This document shows, in pieces, positions 23,477 through 32,983 of a stretch of DNA of 64,000 bases. The position numbers were made by a program, and so were the translations under genes. How positions within the stretch are numbered: position 1 is the first letter of the stretch; each line of letters starts with the position of its first letter. The notes below the pieces were generated by a model. That model did not search any database. It was given only the letters and a program-made list of their open reading frames with translations, and was not told the origin of the DNA. The stretch is from Synechococcus sp. Its GTDB lineage: Bacteria; Cyanobacteriota; Cyanobacteriia; PCC-6307; Cyanobiaceae. The stretch lies in NCBI GenBank assembly GCA_047284725.1, contig JBJBEO010000001.1:32001-96000 (forward strand), written 5' to 3'.

Positions 23477-24769
23477 ATGAATTCACAGCAGCGCGATCCA
23501 GTGGAGGCGCAGCGGTTGGCCCAGGCGTTGGTGGCAGCGGCAGCTCGACGACTGGCGCCGCAGGCCGCAGCCCGTACCGCAGCCGTGGCCTCCCGGATGG
23601 AGCGGGTGCTGGAGGCGTTCAGCGCTGAACAGGTGGGCACCCAGCATTTCGCCTCGCTGACGGGGTACGGCCATGGCGACCAGGGCCGCGAGGTCCTCGA
23701 CCGGGTGTTCGCACGGGTGCTCGGGGCTGAGAAGGCTGCGGTGCGACTTCAATTCGTCAGCGGCACCCATGCCATTGCTGCAGCGCTGTTTGGCGTGCTC
23801 AGACCTGGCGATCGGATGCTGTCGATCACAGGTCGGCCTTACGACACCCTGGAGGAGGTGATCGGCCTCCGGGGGCAGGGTCAGGGCTCCCTGGCTGAAT
23901 TCGGCGTGGTCTACGACGAGATTGAGCTCGCAGCCAGTGGCATTGTTGATCTCGAGGCTCTGGATGCCGCTTTGGCAGTGCCTCGGCGCTTGATCTTGAT
24001 CCAGCGCAGCTGCGGTTACAGCTGGCGCCCTTCCCTCTCGGTGGAGGCGATCGGTCGTTTATGTGCGCGGATTCATGCCCGCCAGCCCGACTGCGTGTGT
24101 TTCGTTGACAACTGCTACGGCGAACTAGTCGAGGAGCAGGAGCCCCCAGCCGTGGGGGCTGATCTGGTGGCCGGCTCCTTGATCAAAAATCTTGGCGGCA
24201 CCATCGCCCCCAGTGGAGGGTATGTGGCTGGTCGGGCTGCGTTGGTGGAACAGGCCTGCTGTCGCCTCACCGCACCCGGCATCGGCAGTGAAGGGGGAAC
24301 TGGTTTTGACCTGAACCGGTTGCTGCTGCAGGGACTGTTCTTGGCGCCCCAGATGGTGAGCGAGGCCTTGATCGGCGCTGACCTGGTGGCCGAGACCTTT
24401 GCCACCTTGGGTTTTGCCGTTCAGCCCCAGGTTTCGGATCGCCGTGGCGATTTGATTCAGGCGGTGCAGATCGGCAGTGCTGAGGCCCTCAAGACGGTCT
24501 GCCGTGCTTTCCAGGCCTGCTCGCCGATCGGTTCTTATCTCGATCCAGTGCCGGCCTCGATGCCCGGGTATGCCAGTGATCTCGTGATGGCTGGAGGCAC
24601 CTTCATTGATGGCAGCACCAGTGAATTCTCGGCGGATGCCCCCCTGCGGGAGCCCTTCAATCTCTATGTGCAAGGCGGGACGCATCGCGCCCATGTTGAG
24701 TTGGCGCTCGTGCGGGCCCTGGCGGCCCTCCATACGGCACGACTGGTGGATCTGCCCCACACTGAGTGA
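23477..24769 (+). CDS. PLP-dependent methionine gamma-lyase-like / aluminium-resistance (YnbB-like) protein
   Basis: FVSGTHAI, PYDTLEEVIG, FVDNCYGE, AGSLIKNLGG (PLP lysine). Confidence 0.9.
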   Translation: MNSQQRDPVEAQRLAQALVAAAARRLAPQAAARTAAVASRMERVLEAFSAEQVGTQHFASLTGYGHGDQGREVLDRVFARVLGAEKAAVRLQFVSGTHAIAAALFGVLRPGDRMLSITGRPYDTLEEVIGLRGQGQGSLAEFGVVYDEIELAASGIVDLEALDAALAVPRRLILIQRSCGYSWRPSLSVEAIGRLCARIHARQPDCVCFVDNCYGELVEEQEPPAVGADLVAGSLIKNLGGTIAPSGGYVAGRAALVEQACCRLTAPGIGSEGGTGFDLNRLLLQGLFLAPQMVSEALIGADLVAETFATLGFAVQPQVSDRRGDLIQAVQIGSAEALKTVCRAFQACSPIGSYLDPVPASMPGYASDLVMAGGTFIDGSTSEFSADAPLREPFNLYVQGGTHRAHVELALVRALAALHTARLVDLPHTE

Positions 24770-24792
24770 GGTTTTCGCCTGGTCCCGGCCCC

Positions 24793-25182
24793 ATGGCCTT
24801 TGATTTCCCTGCGCAGTTCCGCTACGCCGACAGCCATGAGTACGCCCATGCAGATGGCGACCTCGTTCGTCTCGGGCTGAGCGCGTTCGCGGTGGATCAA
24901 CTGGGCGACATTGTGTTTGTTGATTTGCCTGATGTAGGCAGCAGCCTCAGCCGCGGCAGCAGCTTCGGCACGGTCGAATCGGTGAAGGCGGTGGAGGAGA
25001 TGTATGCCCCGGTGAGTGGGGAAGTGGTGGAGCGCAATGAGTCGGTGCTGGCCAGTCCGGAGGAATTGCAGAACGATCCCCATGGCAAGGGATGGCTGCT
25101 GGCGGTGCGCGCCACTGATGCAGCCCAGTTGCAGGAGTTGATGGATGCCGCCACCTATGCCGCCAAAGTCGCTGCCGCCTGA
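24793..25182 (+). CDS. gcvH: Glycine cleavage system H protein
   Basis: QLGDIVFVDLP and lipoyl motif VESVKA; start ATG 24793. Confidence 0.97.
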   Translation: MAFDFPAQFRYADSHEYAHADGDLVRLGLSAFAVDQLGDIVFVDLPDVGSSLSRGSSFGTVESVKAVEEMYAPVSGEVVERNESVLASPEELQNDPHGKGWLLAVRATDAAQLQELMDAATYAAKVAAA

Positions 25183-25222
25183 GCAGTTTTTTTAGAGTTG
25201 CCCCATTACTGGCGAGAGCGAC

Positions 25223-28183
25223 TTGACGCAGCACGATCAACGCTCCGGGTCTGCCTCTGCTCCAGCCCAGCTCTCACCCTTCGTTCAGCGTCACATCGGT
25301 CCGAGCGAGGCGGACCAGCAGACGATGCTTCAAACCCTTGGGTATGCGGATCTTGATGCTTTCGTCAGTGCCGTTGTGCCAGGCGCCATCCTTGATCCCG
25401 ATCCACCGACGGAAGCCATGCCCCTGGGCTGTGGCGAAGCGGAAGCCCTGGCGGAGTTGCGTCGCATCGGGGCTCAGAACCGGGTGCAGCGCTCCCTCAT
25501 CGGCCTCGGCTATCACGACACCGCCACGCCCGCGCTGATCAAGCGCCACGTGCTGGAGAACCCTTCTTGGTATACCGCTTACACCCCCTATCAGGCGGAA
25601 ATCGCCCAGGGGCGTCTTGAGGCGCTCCTCAACTTTCAAACCCTGATCAGCGAGCTGACAGGCCTGCCGATTGCCAATGCCTCCCTTCTGGATGAGGCCA
25701 CCGCCTGTGCTGAAGCCATGGGCCTCAGTCTGGCGGCGTGCAAGCGCCCTGAAGCGCGGCGTTTTCTTGTGGATGCAGCGGCATTGCCCCAGACCTTGGC
25801 TGTGCTTCAAACCCGCGCCGAACCTCTCGGTGTGGTGATCGATCAGACCGAGCCTGAGGACTTTCGCTGGGATGAAGATGTCTTTGGTGTGATGCTCCAA
25901 TTGCCCGGTCGCTGCGGGCGACTCTGGGATCCCTCGGCGGTGATCGGGCAGGCCCACGGTCATGGCGCCCTGGCCACCGTCGCGATTGATCCTTTCGCCC
26001 AGGTGCTGATGGCTCCTGTGGGGGAGTTGGGGGCTGACATTGCCGTTGGCAGTGCTCAGCGTTTTGGCGTGCCCATGGGGGCCGGTGGGCCCCACGCTGC
26101 CTTTTTCGCCACCCGTGAAGCGTTCAAGCGTCAGGTGCCAGGTCGGATTGTCGGCCAGTCGCGGGATGCGGAGGGTCGCCCCGCCCTGCGTCTGGCTCTG
26201 CAGACGCGTGAACAGCACATCCGGCGCGACAAGGCCACCAGCAACATCTGCACAGCCCAGGTGTTGCTGGCTGTGATGGCGTCGTTCTATGCCGTGCACC
26301 ACGGGCCGGATGGATTGACAGCCATCGCCCGCCGCCTGGTGCTCTTGCGCCGCCACCTTGAAGCCGGCTTGCAGCAACTGGGCTATTCGTTCGCTGAGGG
26401 CTCCCGCTTTGACGGCATTGATGTGCGTTCCTCCCAGGCTCCTGTCGTGCATCGCCTGGCGGCGGAGCAGGGCTTCAACCTGCGGGTGCTCCCCGATGGC
26501 GCTGATCCAGCTCAGGCGGAGGGATTCGGCATCAGCCTTGATGAATGCAGTGATGGACAGGAGGTGAATACCCTTCTGGGTTTGCTGGCGCAAGCGGTCG
26601 GAGCCGATCCGTTGCCGCCGATTGTGCTGCTGGAGCAGGCCCTCGATGGAGATGAGGCTCTGCAGCAGGCGCTGCCGGGTCTCCCCCTGCGCCGACGTCC
26701 CTGGCTGCAGCAACCGGTCTTTCACCGCTATCGCAGTGAAACCGAGCTGATGCGGTACATCCAGCGCCTGGTAAGCCGCGATCTCTCACTGGTGCACAGC
26801 ATGATCCCGCTGGGCAGCTGCACCATGAAGCTGAATGCCGCGGCCGAGCTGGCGCCCGTGAGCTGGCATGGCTTCGCTGCCTTGCATCCGTTTGCACCTC
26901 AAGAGCAGTTGGCGGGCCTGGCCCGGATGGTGTCGGATCTGGAATCCTGGCTCTCCGCCCTGACGGGGTTCGCTGGTGTGTCGTTGCAGCCCAATGCGGG
27001 CTCCCAGGGGGAATACGCCGGTTTGCTGGTGATCCGTGCATGGCACCGTTCCCGTGGCCAGCAGGAGCGAGACGTTTGTTTGATCCCCACGAGCGCCCAT
27101 GGCACCAACCCTGCCAGTGCGGTGATGGCAGGCCTGCGGGTGGTGCCGGTGGCCTGCGATGACCAGGGCAATGTGGATCTGACAGATCTACGGGCCAAGG
27201 CGGAGCAGCACAGCGAGCAGCTGGCGGCGCTGATGGTCACTTACCCCTCAACCCATGGGGTGTTTGAACCTGGGATTCGGGAGATTTGTGCCTGTGTGCA
27301 TGCCCATGGCGGTCAGGTGTATCTCGATGGTGCCAACCTCAATGCTCAGGTGGGGCTATGCCGGCCCGGAGCGTATGGCGCTGATGTCTGTCATCTCAAT
27401 CTGCACAAAACCTTCTGCATCCCCCATGGGGGCGGAGGTCCTGGGGTCGGTCCGATCGGTGTCGCGGAACATCTTTTGCCTTTTCTGCCAGGGCATCCCC
27501 TGGCGGCCTGTGGTGGCAGCCAATCCATCACCGCGGTGTCGGCGGCGCCGTGGGGCAGTGCCGGCATCCTGCCGATCAGCTGGATGTATCTGCGGTTGAT
27601 GGGGCCCAACGGGTTGCGTCGTGCCACGGCGGTGGCGCTGCTCGCCGCCAATTATCTGGCCCGGCGCTTGGATGCCCATTTCCCGGTGTTGTTCCGGGGT
27701 GAGGGGGGCCTGGTGGCCCATGAATGCATTCTTGATCTGCGGGGCCTGAAGCGAACCGCTGATCTCAATGTCGATGACATTGCCAAGCGACTGATGGATT
27801 ACGGCTTCCATGCCCCCACCGTGAGTTGGCCGGTCGCCGGCACGGTGATGGTGGAGCCTACGGAAAGCGAAAGTCTGGTTGAGCTGGATCGTTTTTGTGA
27901 GGCGATGATCGCCATCCGTGCAGAGGCCGCAGCGATTGAATCCGGCGTCAGTGATGCCACCAACAATCCCCTCAAGCGCGCTCCCCACACCCTGGCCGCT
28001 GTGACTGCCGAGACCTGGGATCGCCCCTACAGCCGTGAACAGGCGGCTTTCCCCTTGGTCGACCAGCGCGACAACAAGTTCTGGCCCTCTGTGGCCAGGA
28101 TCGATAACGCCTATGGGGATCGCAATCTCATCTGCACCTGTCCATCGGTCGCGGAACTGGCGGATCTGGTGCCTGCGCGGTAA
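25223..28183 (+). CDS. gcvP: Glycine dehydrogenase (decarboxylating), P protein
   Basis: [56 protein letters not shown]. Confidence 0.98.
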   Translation: MTQHDQRSGSASAPAQLSPFVQRHIGPSEADQQTMLQTLGYADLDAFVSAVVPGAILDPDPPTEAMPLGCGEAEALAELRRIGAQNRVQRSLIGLGYHDTATPALIKRHVLENPSWYTAYTPYQAEIAQGRLEALLNFQTLISELTGLPIANASLLDEATACAEAMGLSLAACKRPEARRFLVDAAALPQTLAVLQTRAEPLGVVIDQTEPEDFRWDEDVFGVMLQLPGRCGRLWDPSAVIGQAHGHGALATVAIDPFAQVLMAPVGELGADIAVGSAQRFGVPMGAGGPHAAFFATREAFKRQVPGRIVGQSRDAEGRPALRLALQTREQHIRRDKATSNICTAQVLLAVMASFYAVHHGPDGLTAIARRLVLLRRHLEAGLQQLGYSFAEGSRFDGIDVRSSQAPVVHRLAAEQGFNLRVLPDGADPAQAEGFGISLDECSDGQEVNTLLGLLAQAVGADPLPPIVLLEQALDGDEALQQALPGLPLRRRPWLQQPVFHRYRSETELMRYIQRLVSRDLSLVHSMIPLGSCTMKLNAAAELAPVSWHGFAALHPFAPQEQLAGLARMVSDLESWLSALTGFAGVSLQPNAGSQGEYAGLLVIRAWHRSRGQQERDVCLIPTSAHGTNPASAVMAGLRVVPVACDDQGNVDLTDLRAKAEQHSEQLAALMVTYPSTHGVFEPGIREICACVHAHGGQVYLDGANLNAQVGLCRPGAYGADVCHLNLHKTFCIPHGGGGPGVGPIGVAEHLLPFLPGHPLAACGGSQSITAVSAAPWGSAGILPISWMYLRLMGPNGLRRATAVALLAANYLARRLDAHFPVLFRGEGGLVAHECILDLRGLKRTADLNVDDIAKRLMDYGFHAPTVSWPVAGTVMVEPTESESLVELDRFCEAMIAIRAEAAAIESGVSDATNNPLKRAPHTLAAVTAETWDRPYSREQAAFPLVDQRDNKFWPSVARIDNAYGDRNLICTCPSVAELADLVPAR

Positions 28184-28278
28184 ATTTTCATCCAAATCGG
28201 AAAAATACCTTTCGGTTTTCTCTGCAGAACGAAAAGTGTTTCCACACTGATCGGCATCTGCTTCACGCAGGGGGGGAC

Positions 28279-28497
28279 ATGGCCACCAAAACCACCAAGC
28301 CGGAACTTCCCGGTTGCCTTGAATCAGCTTTGGAGCGGGGACACACCCTGCAGGTTGAAGGGACGAACGTTGTGAGAGTCCCCTTCGGCGTCCGTCGGCC
28401 CCGTCGTCAGCGCCCCGATCGCCCAGACACCTGGGCCACGCTGGTGATTCCGTTTCAGGTGATGGACTCGCCCACACCTCCTCCTCAGGCCGCCTGA
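28279..28497 (+). CDS. Small hypothetical protein
   Basis: 72 aa, G-rich RBS (GGGGGGAC) before the ATG, AT-rich upstream region. Confidence 0.6.
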   Translation: MATKTTKPELPGCLESALERGHTLQVEGTNVVRVPFGVRRPRRQRPDRPDTWATLVIPFQVMDSPTPPPQAA

Positions 28498-28529
28498 AGG
28501 GTTGTTTGGTTGCACATCGGCTGGGGCGT

Positions 28530-28733
28530 CTAGGCGCTGCGGATCAGTGGTTCTGCCTCAGCCAGTTTCAAATTCACAAGTGTTTTCGCGTCCTCCAGCG
28601 AGCAGGAGGGTATGCGGAACGGAAGCACGGAGATCGGACTCCGTTCCGGATGAATCCTCCAGCCCTGGTTGGGTTCTTCCATCAGCACAAACCCGCGATA
28701 GCGAAAGGTGCGGGGGCTAGACCCTGGTTGCAT
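28530..28733 (-). CDS. Small hypothetical protein
   Basis: 67 aa, FRYRGFVL...WRIHPERSP..VLPFR; convergent with the ORF at 28279. Confidence 0.6.
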   Translation of the reverse strand: MQPGSSPRTFRYRGFVLMEEPNQGWRIHPERSPISVLPFRIPSCSLEDAKTLVNLKLAEAEPLIRSA

Positions 28734-28917
28734 TCAGGTGTGTAGAGCTCGTCGGGCATATTTCAGGACACCAGATGTGGTGTGTCACTGATTGCGTCAA
28801 AGTCGTTGGCATCCGCGTCTTGAAATCCACAAGAAGTGCTGTGGGACGGTGCTGGATGGGAGCCTGCCGTGGAAACCTCAGTGCGCTGGCCCAGCGGCTG
28901 AAGCACCATCGGTGGTG

Positions 28918-29667
28918 TCAGTGGGGGCATGCCTCGTTGAGGCCGAACAGCAGCACATCACTGGCTCGGCCTTGTGTTGTCAGTCTCCCGATCGCAGCCG
29001 GATCGTCGAATCCGAGGCCGTCACCGGGCTCCAGTGTGAGTCTGTCACCGGCGGGGGTGGTGAGTTCACAGAACCCGCTGATCATCTGAAGCCATCCTCT
29101 CTGGGGCTCCATCGCCGGCAGCGTCAGACTCTGGTTGTGGCTCGGTTGTGCGCGCCAGAGCCTCAACGGCCTGGAGATGGCCATCACCTCTGCGTCGTCC
29201 GGAGCGATCAGGGGCGTCCAGTCTGGTCCTGGCGGGCAGCAGCATTGTTCGTAGCTCGGGGGAAGGTTGTCCTGCCCGGGTTCGATCCAGATCTGCAGTA
29301 GCCGGCAGGGAGTGGTGCCGCCATTGATTTCGCTGTGCACGATGCCGGTGCCGGCGGTCATCCGCTGCACGTCGCCAGCGCGGATGACTCCGCTGTTGCC
29401 CATGGAGTCTTGGTGGTTTAGCTGTCCTTCCACCATCACGGTGATGATTTCCATGTCCCGGTGCGGGTGCATGCCGAAGCCCTCACCGGCGGCGATGGTG
29501 TCGTCGTTGATCACCAGCAAGGGCCCGAAGCCCATCCAATCGGGGTGGTGATGGCCGGCAAAGGAAAAGCTGTGCCACGAATCCAGCCAGTCCCGTTGGC
29601 TGTGGAAGCGTTCGCCGGCGGGGCGGAACAGCAGTGATGACGGATTGGCAGAAGTGGTTTGGGTCAT
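28918..29667 (-). CDS. Pirin family (bicupin) protein
   Basis: GFGMHPHRDMEIIT, HQDSMGN, QRMTAGTGIVHSE, LQIWI. Confidence 0.93.
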   Translation of the reverse strand: MTQTTSANPSSLLFRPAGERFHSQRDWLDSWHSFSFAGHHHPDWMGFGPLLVINDDTIAAGEGFGMHPHRDMEIITVMVEGQLNHQDSMGNSGVIRAGDVQRMTAGTGIVHSEINGGTTPCRLLQIWIEPGQDNLPPSYEQCCCPPGPDWTPLIAPDDAEVMAISRPLRLWRAQPSHNQSLTLPAMEPQRGWLQMISGFCELTTPAGDRLTLEPGDGLGFDDPAAIGRLTTQGRASDVLLFGLNEACPH

Positions 29668-29702
29668 CGTGATTCCGAGGCGATCATGCGGTCGGGCTTG
29701 GT

Positions 29703-30227
29703 TCAGAGCTTCAGCGGATCCATCTGCAGCAGGCGTTGCAGTAAGTCGTGAATGCTGTCGTCCTGGGGCGGTTTGGCGTGATTGCTGAGCAGTTGGCGAC
29801 CCACGACTTGTGCGCCCAGGTGGGTGAGTTGGATGCGCAGTGACAGCAGCAGTTCCATGCCGCCGCCTCCGGAAAACGTGGCCATGGCCACAGGTCTGCC
29901 GTTGAACAGTGCCCGGAAGTCGTTGCCTTGAACCGAGAGCCAGGCGATCGCGTTGGTGAGGCTGGGCGGAATGGAGCCGTTGTATTCCGGCGCGCAGATC
30001 ACCCAGCGGGGGGCTTGCAGCAGCTGCTCGTGCAGGGGGGCAACCGCCGCAGGTGAGCCTTGAGCTTGGGTTCGAGGAGTGAAGAGGGGCAGGTCGATCG
30101 TGGTGAGATCAAGCACCTGTGCGGTTGTCCCCAGTGTGTTGGCGTGCATCGCGAACCGATCCGCCAGCTTGAGGTTTTCGCCACTACTGGCGCTGATCAC
30201 CAGCAGATCGGTTGATGGGGCGGGCAT
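29703..30227 (-). CDS. NADPH-dependent FMN reductase
   Basis: APEYNGSIPPSLTNAIAWLS, SGGGG. Confidence 0.9.
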   Translation of the reverse strand: MPAPSTDLLVISASSGENLKLADRFAMHANTLGTTAQVLDLTTIDLPLFTPRTQAQGSPAAVAPLHEQLLQAPRWVICAPEYNGSIPPSLTNAIAWLSVQGNDFRALFNGRPVAMATFSGGGGMELLLSLRIQLTHLGAQVVGRQLLSNHAKPPQDDSIHDLLQRLLQMDPLKL

Positions 30228-30275
30228 CGCAGTGCGAGGTGGCTTGGGCTGTGGATCAAGACCAGCATGGTGAAG

Positions 30276-30309
30276 CAGGGGAGCGGTGCTGGACAGGGCC
30301 GCTCCCCTG
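30276..30309 (-). terminator. Stem-loop just downstream of rubrerythrin (terminator or mRNA stabiliser)
   Basis: Perfect 11-bp inverted repeat CAGGGGAGCGG / CCGCTCCCCTG; U-tail is weak. Confidence 0.5.
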
Positions 30310-30321
30310 TTGGAACCGTCA

Positions 30322-31035
30322 TCAAGCGGACATCAGCTCCGCTCCCCGGTAGGGCACAAAGCTGGCCTTGCGGGCACCGCAGATGGGGCAGCTCCAGTCG
30401 TCGGGGATCGCTTCGAAGGGCGTGCCGGGGGCAATGCCCGAGTCGGGGTCGCCTTCAGCGGGGTCATAGATCATGGAGCAGAGCTTGCAGATCCACTTGC
30501 CAGGAACGGGGTCGGCTGCTTCCCCTGCAGTGCCTTTGCCTTGCAGGGCCTCGAGAGCAACGCCGTAGGTCTCGGCGTGATGCTTCTCGATCGGTGTGAG
30601 CAGGCCGAAGTTCTTGGCTGCGGTTCGGAACAGGCCGGCGTGCTCTGCAGATTCGTTGGCCTGCTCGGCAAATTCCGTTTCCGCGCCGCCATCCCTGTCC
30701 TGGCGCGCCTGATCGGCGAACTCGGGATACATCGTTGTGTACTCGTAGGTCTCCCCTTCAATCGCCAGTTCCAGGCAGCGGCTAAGGATTGCTTGTTTCT
30801 GCTCATCACTGAGGCTGTCGGCGTCTTCGATGACCAGTTCGGGATGGAGCAGGCGGAAATGAGCGAACGCGTGCTCAGTTTCCTGGGCGGCAGTGTCGCG
30901 GAACAGTTTGGCCAGGTCTTTGTGGCCGAGGTTCTTCGCGACGTCTGCAAAGAAGAGATATTTGCGGTTGGCCATGCTCTCGCCGCCGAAGGCGGCCTCG
31001 AGGTTGGCGTGGGTGGAGGGCTTGGAGAGATCCAT
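30322..31035 (-). CDS. rbr: Rubrerythrin with C-terminal rubredoxin domain
   Basis: [32 protein letters not shown], and CKLC...CPIC. Confidence 0.93.
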   Translation of the reverse strand: MDLSKPSTHANLEAAFGGESMANRKYLFFADVAKNLGHKDLAKLFRDTAAQETEHAFAHFRLLHPELVIEDADSLSDEQKQAILSRCLELAIEGETYEYTTMYPEFADQARQDRDGGAETEFAEQANESAEHAGLFRTAAKNFGLLTPIEKHHAETYGVALEALQGKGTAGEAADPVPGKWICKLCSMIYDPAEGDPDSGIAPGTPFEAIPDDWSCPICGARKASFVPYRGAELMSA

Positions 31036-31072
31036 CGCGATGCCTCAGCAATGGCCACACATTAACCCAAAG

Positions 31073-31087
31073 TCGTAACGAGTATGA
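31073..31087. promoter_or_regulatory. Candidate PerR/Fur-type 7-1-7 box upstream of rubrerythrin
   Basis: TCGTAACGAGTATGA matches TTATAATNATTATAA at 9 of 14 positions; next to a minus-strand TAATGT -10-like hexamer. Confidence 0.35.
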
Positions 31088-31129
31088 GTTAGTGAGCGAG
31101 GGCCAGGTCGCCTCCCCCCCCTGCTTGGC

Positions 31130-32983
31130 TTAGTAATTGGCGCCGCTGCGACGTTGGTGAACGGCTGTGGTGGCGTCGCTGTCGAGCAGGCCGCCATGGC
31201 CCACTTCGGCGTAGATCAACCAGTGATCGCCGCATTCCATCCGTTGTTTCACCTCACCCTCAAGCCAGGCGAGGCCTTCGGGCAGCAGGGGTTGGTCGTT
31301 GGGACTGCTGTCGAGTTCAAGTCCGCTGAAGCGATCGGCGCCAGGTGCAAAGGGCTGGAGGAATTGCTTCATCGGTCCGCTTTCACGGCCTTCCGCAAGC
31401 ACGTTGAGGGCGAAGCGATCGCCCTTGTGCAGCAAGGCTTCGACGGCCCTGTCTTTTGCCACCGCGACCGTGATCCCCGGCGGCGTGAAGCTGGCCTGGC
31501 TCACCCAGCTCGCCACCATGGCGCCGCTGAGGGCAGCATCTCCCTGTCCTTTGCGAGCTGTGAGGACGCAGAGGGATCCGACAACGCGACCGAGCGCCAG
31601 GACCGCCGGATCGCTGCGGCTTTCGCTCAGACCGCCAGCACTGCGGCGCTGCTGTTTGCGCTGCTCCTTCTGAAGGTCACGCCCGAAGCGGGTGCCCGTT
31701 TCCTCCAGGGTGCGCACGGTGGAGGCGTCTGGGCTGAATTTGATGCGGATCGGCTCGAATCCGAAGCTGAAGCCCCCGTCGCGCAACTTGCTCTCCAGCA
31801 GGTCGAGGGCTTCACCACTCCAGCCGAAGCTGCCGAACACACCCACGGGTTTGCTGCGATCGCCTTCCGCGAGCACGGTTCCTAGGGCCGAGACGATCGG
31901 GGTGGGTGCGTGCCCTCCCAGGGTCGGTGAGCCGATCAGGATCGCGTCAGCTGAGCGGATCGTGGACACCAGTTCATCCGCTGGGGTGAATTCGCAGTTG
32001 AGACTGGTCACCCGCACACCTGTGCGACTGACGCCGCGGGCCAGGGCATCGGCGATGGCTGCGGTATTGCCATAGGCGCTGGCAAACAGCAAGGCAACCG
32101 TGAGGCTCGCGTTCTGCAGTCCTTCTCCCCAGCGGCGGTAGTCGTTCAGCAGACTGCGCCAGCTGGCTTCGATAGCAGGACCATGCCCGGGTGCGATCGT
32201 GCGGATGTCGAGTTCTTCCAGGCGTTCCACCACGGCATCCACCTGGCTGGCCATCGATGCCATCAGGGAGTCGTAGAAGTGGCGCCGTTCCTCCTCGGTC
32301 GCGCTGCGTCCGGTTTCCGCCCACTCAGCCGTGCAGAGGTGAGCCGAAAAAAGCTTGTCGCTCATCAGCAGACCCTCGCTTTCCTCGAAGGCGAGCAGGC
32401 CGCCAGGCCATCGGGGTGTGGGGGCGGGGAGGAGATGCAGGGTGTGTCCGTGGCTCAACGCGAGGGTGTCCTCATGACGGATCACCTGCAGCGTGGGTAG
32501 TGACGGCAGCGGTGGTCGGTTGTCGACTTCCCCTGGAGGGAGGGGCTTGCGCTGCTGCCAGAGCTCCTCAAGCAGCTTCGCTCCCGGGTTGGAGCAGATC
32601 AGGCTCAGTTGGGGATAGACCTCGGCCAGGCTGCGCAGAAGGGCGACCCGGTTGGGATTCACGTGACCCACCACCACCAGCAGTTCACTGCAGTTGCCGG
32701 GGAGGGCGGCGGCCAGGGCCGGCAGAAACACATCGGCGTAGGCCGCACCGGGGGGGTGCACCAACACAGCCGCCTGTTGATGACCTGTCGTGTCGAGGCC
32801 TGCTGCAAACAGGAAGCTGTTGGCGGTGCTGCCCCGCTCGAGCGCGTATTCAAGTTCGAAACGCAGGCGCTGAGGGCTGAGGCCCCGCAGGCTGATCAGT
32901 CCATCGCTCACCGGCAGGGTGATCACCTGTCGAGCATCACTGCTGCTGGGCTGCTGCGGTGTGGAGGCCATCGCGCTCACCAT
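31130..32983 (-). CDS. flv1: Class C flavodiiron protein, Flv1 type (non-canonical iron ligands)
   Basis: Lactamase, flavodoxin (ASAYGNT) and flavin-reductase (MVASWVSQASF, GDHW) domains; GHVNPNR replaces HxExDH. Confidence 0.9.
   Translation of the reverse strand: MVSAMASTPQQPSSSDARQVITLPVSDGLISLRGLSPQRLRFELEYALERGSTANSFLFAAGLDTTGHQQAAVLVHPPGAAYADVFLPALAAALPGNCSELLVVVGHVNPNRVALLRSLAEVYPQLSLICSNPGAKLLEELWQQRKPLPPGEVDNRPPLPSLPTLQVIRHEDTLALSHGHTLHLLPAPTPRWPGGLLAFEESEGLLMSDKLFSAHLCTAEWAETGRSATEEERRHFYDSLMASMASQVDAVVERLEELDIRTIAPGHGPAIEASWRSLLNDYRRWGEGLQNASLTVALLFASAYGNTAAIADALARGVSRTGVRVTSLNCEFTPADELVSTIRSADAILIGSPTLGGHAPTPIVSALGTVLAEGDRSKPVGVFGSFGWSGEALDLLESKLRDGGFSFGFEPIRIKFSPDASTVRTLEETGTRFGRDLQKEQRKQQRRSAGGLSESRSDPAVLALGRVVGSLCVLTARKGQGDAALSGAMVASWVSQASFTPPGITVAVAKDRAVEALLHKGDRFALNVLAEGRESGPMKQFLQPFAPGADRFSGLELDSSPNDQPLLPEGLAWLEGEVKQRMECGDHWLIYAEVGHGGLLDSDATTAVHQRRSGANY

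Noticed and set aside
24793..28183. gcvT missing next to gcvHP
   Set aside because: Dispersed gcv genes are usual in cyanobacteria; absence from one window is uninformative.
31130..32983. Flavodiiron protein lacking canonical iron ligands as a novelty or pseudogene
   Set aside because: This is a known property of cyanobacterial Flv1/Flv2-type subunits.
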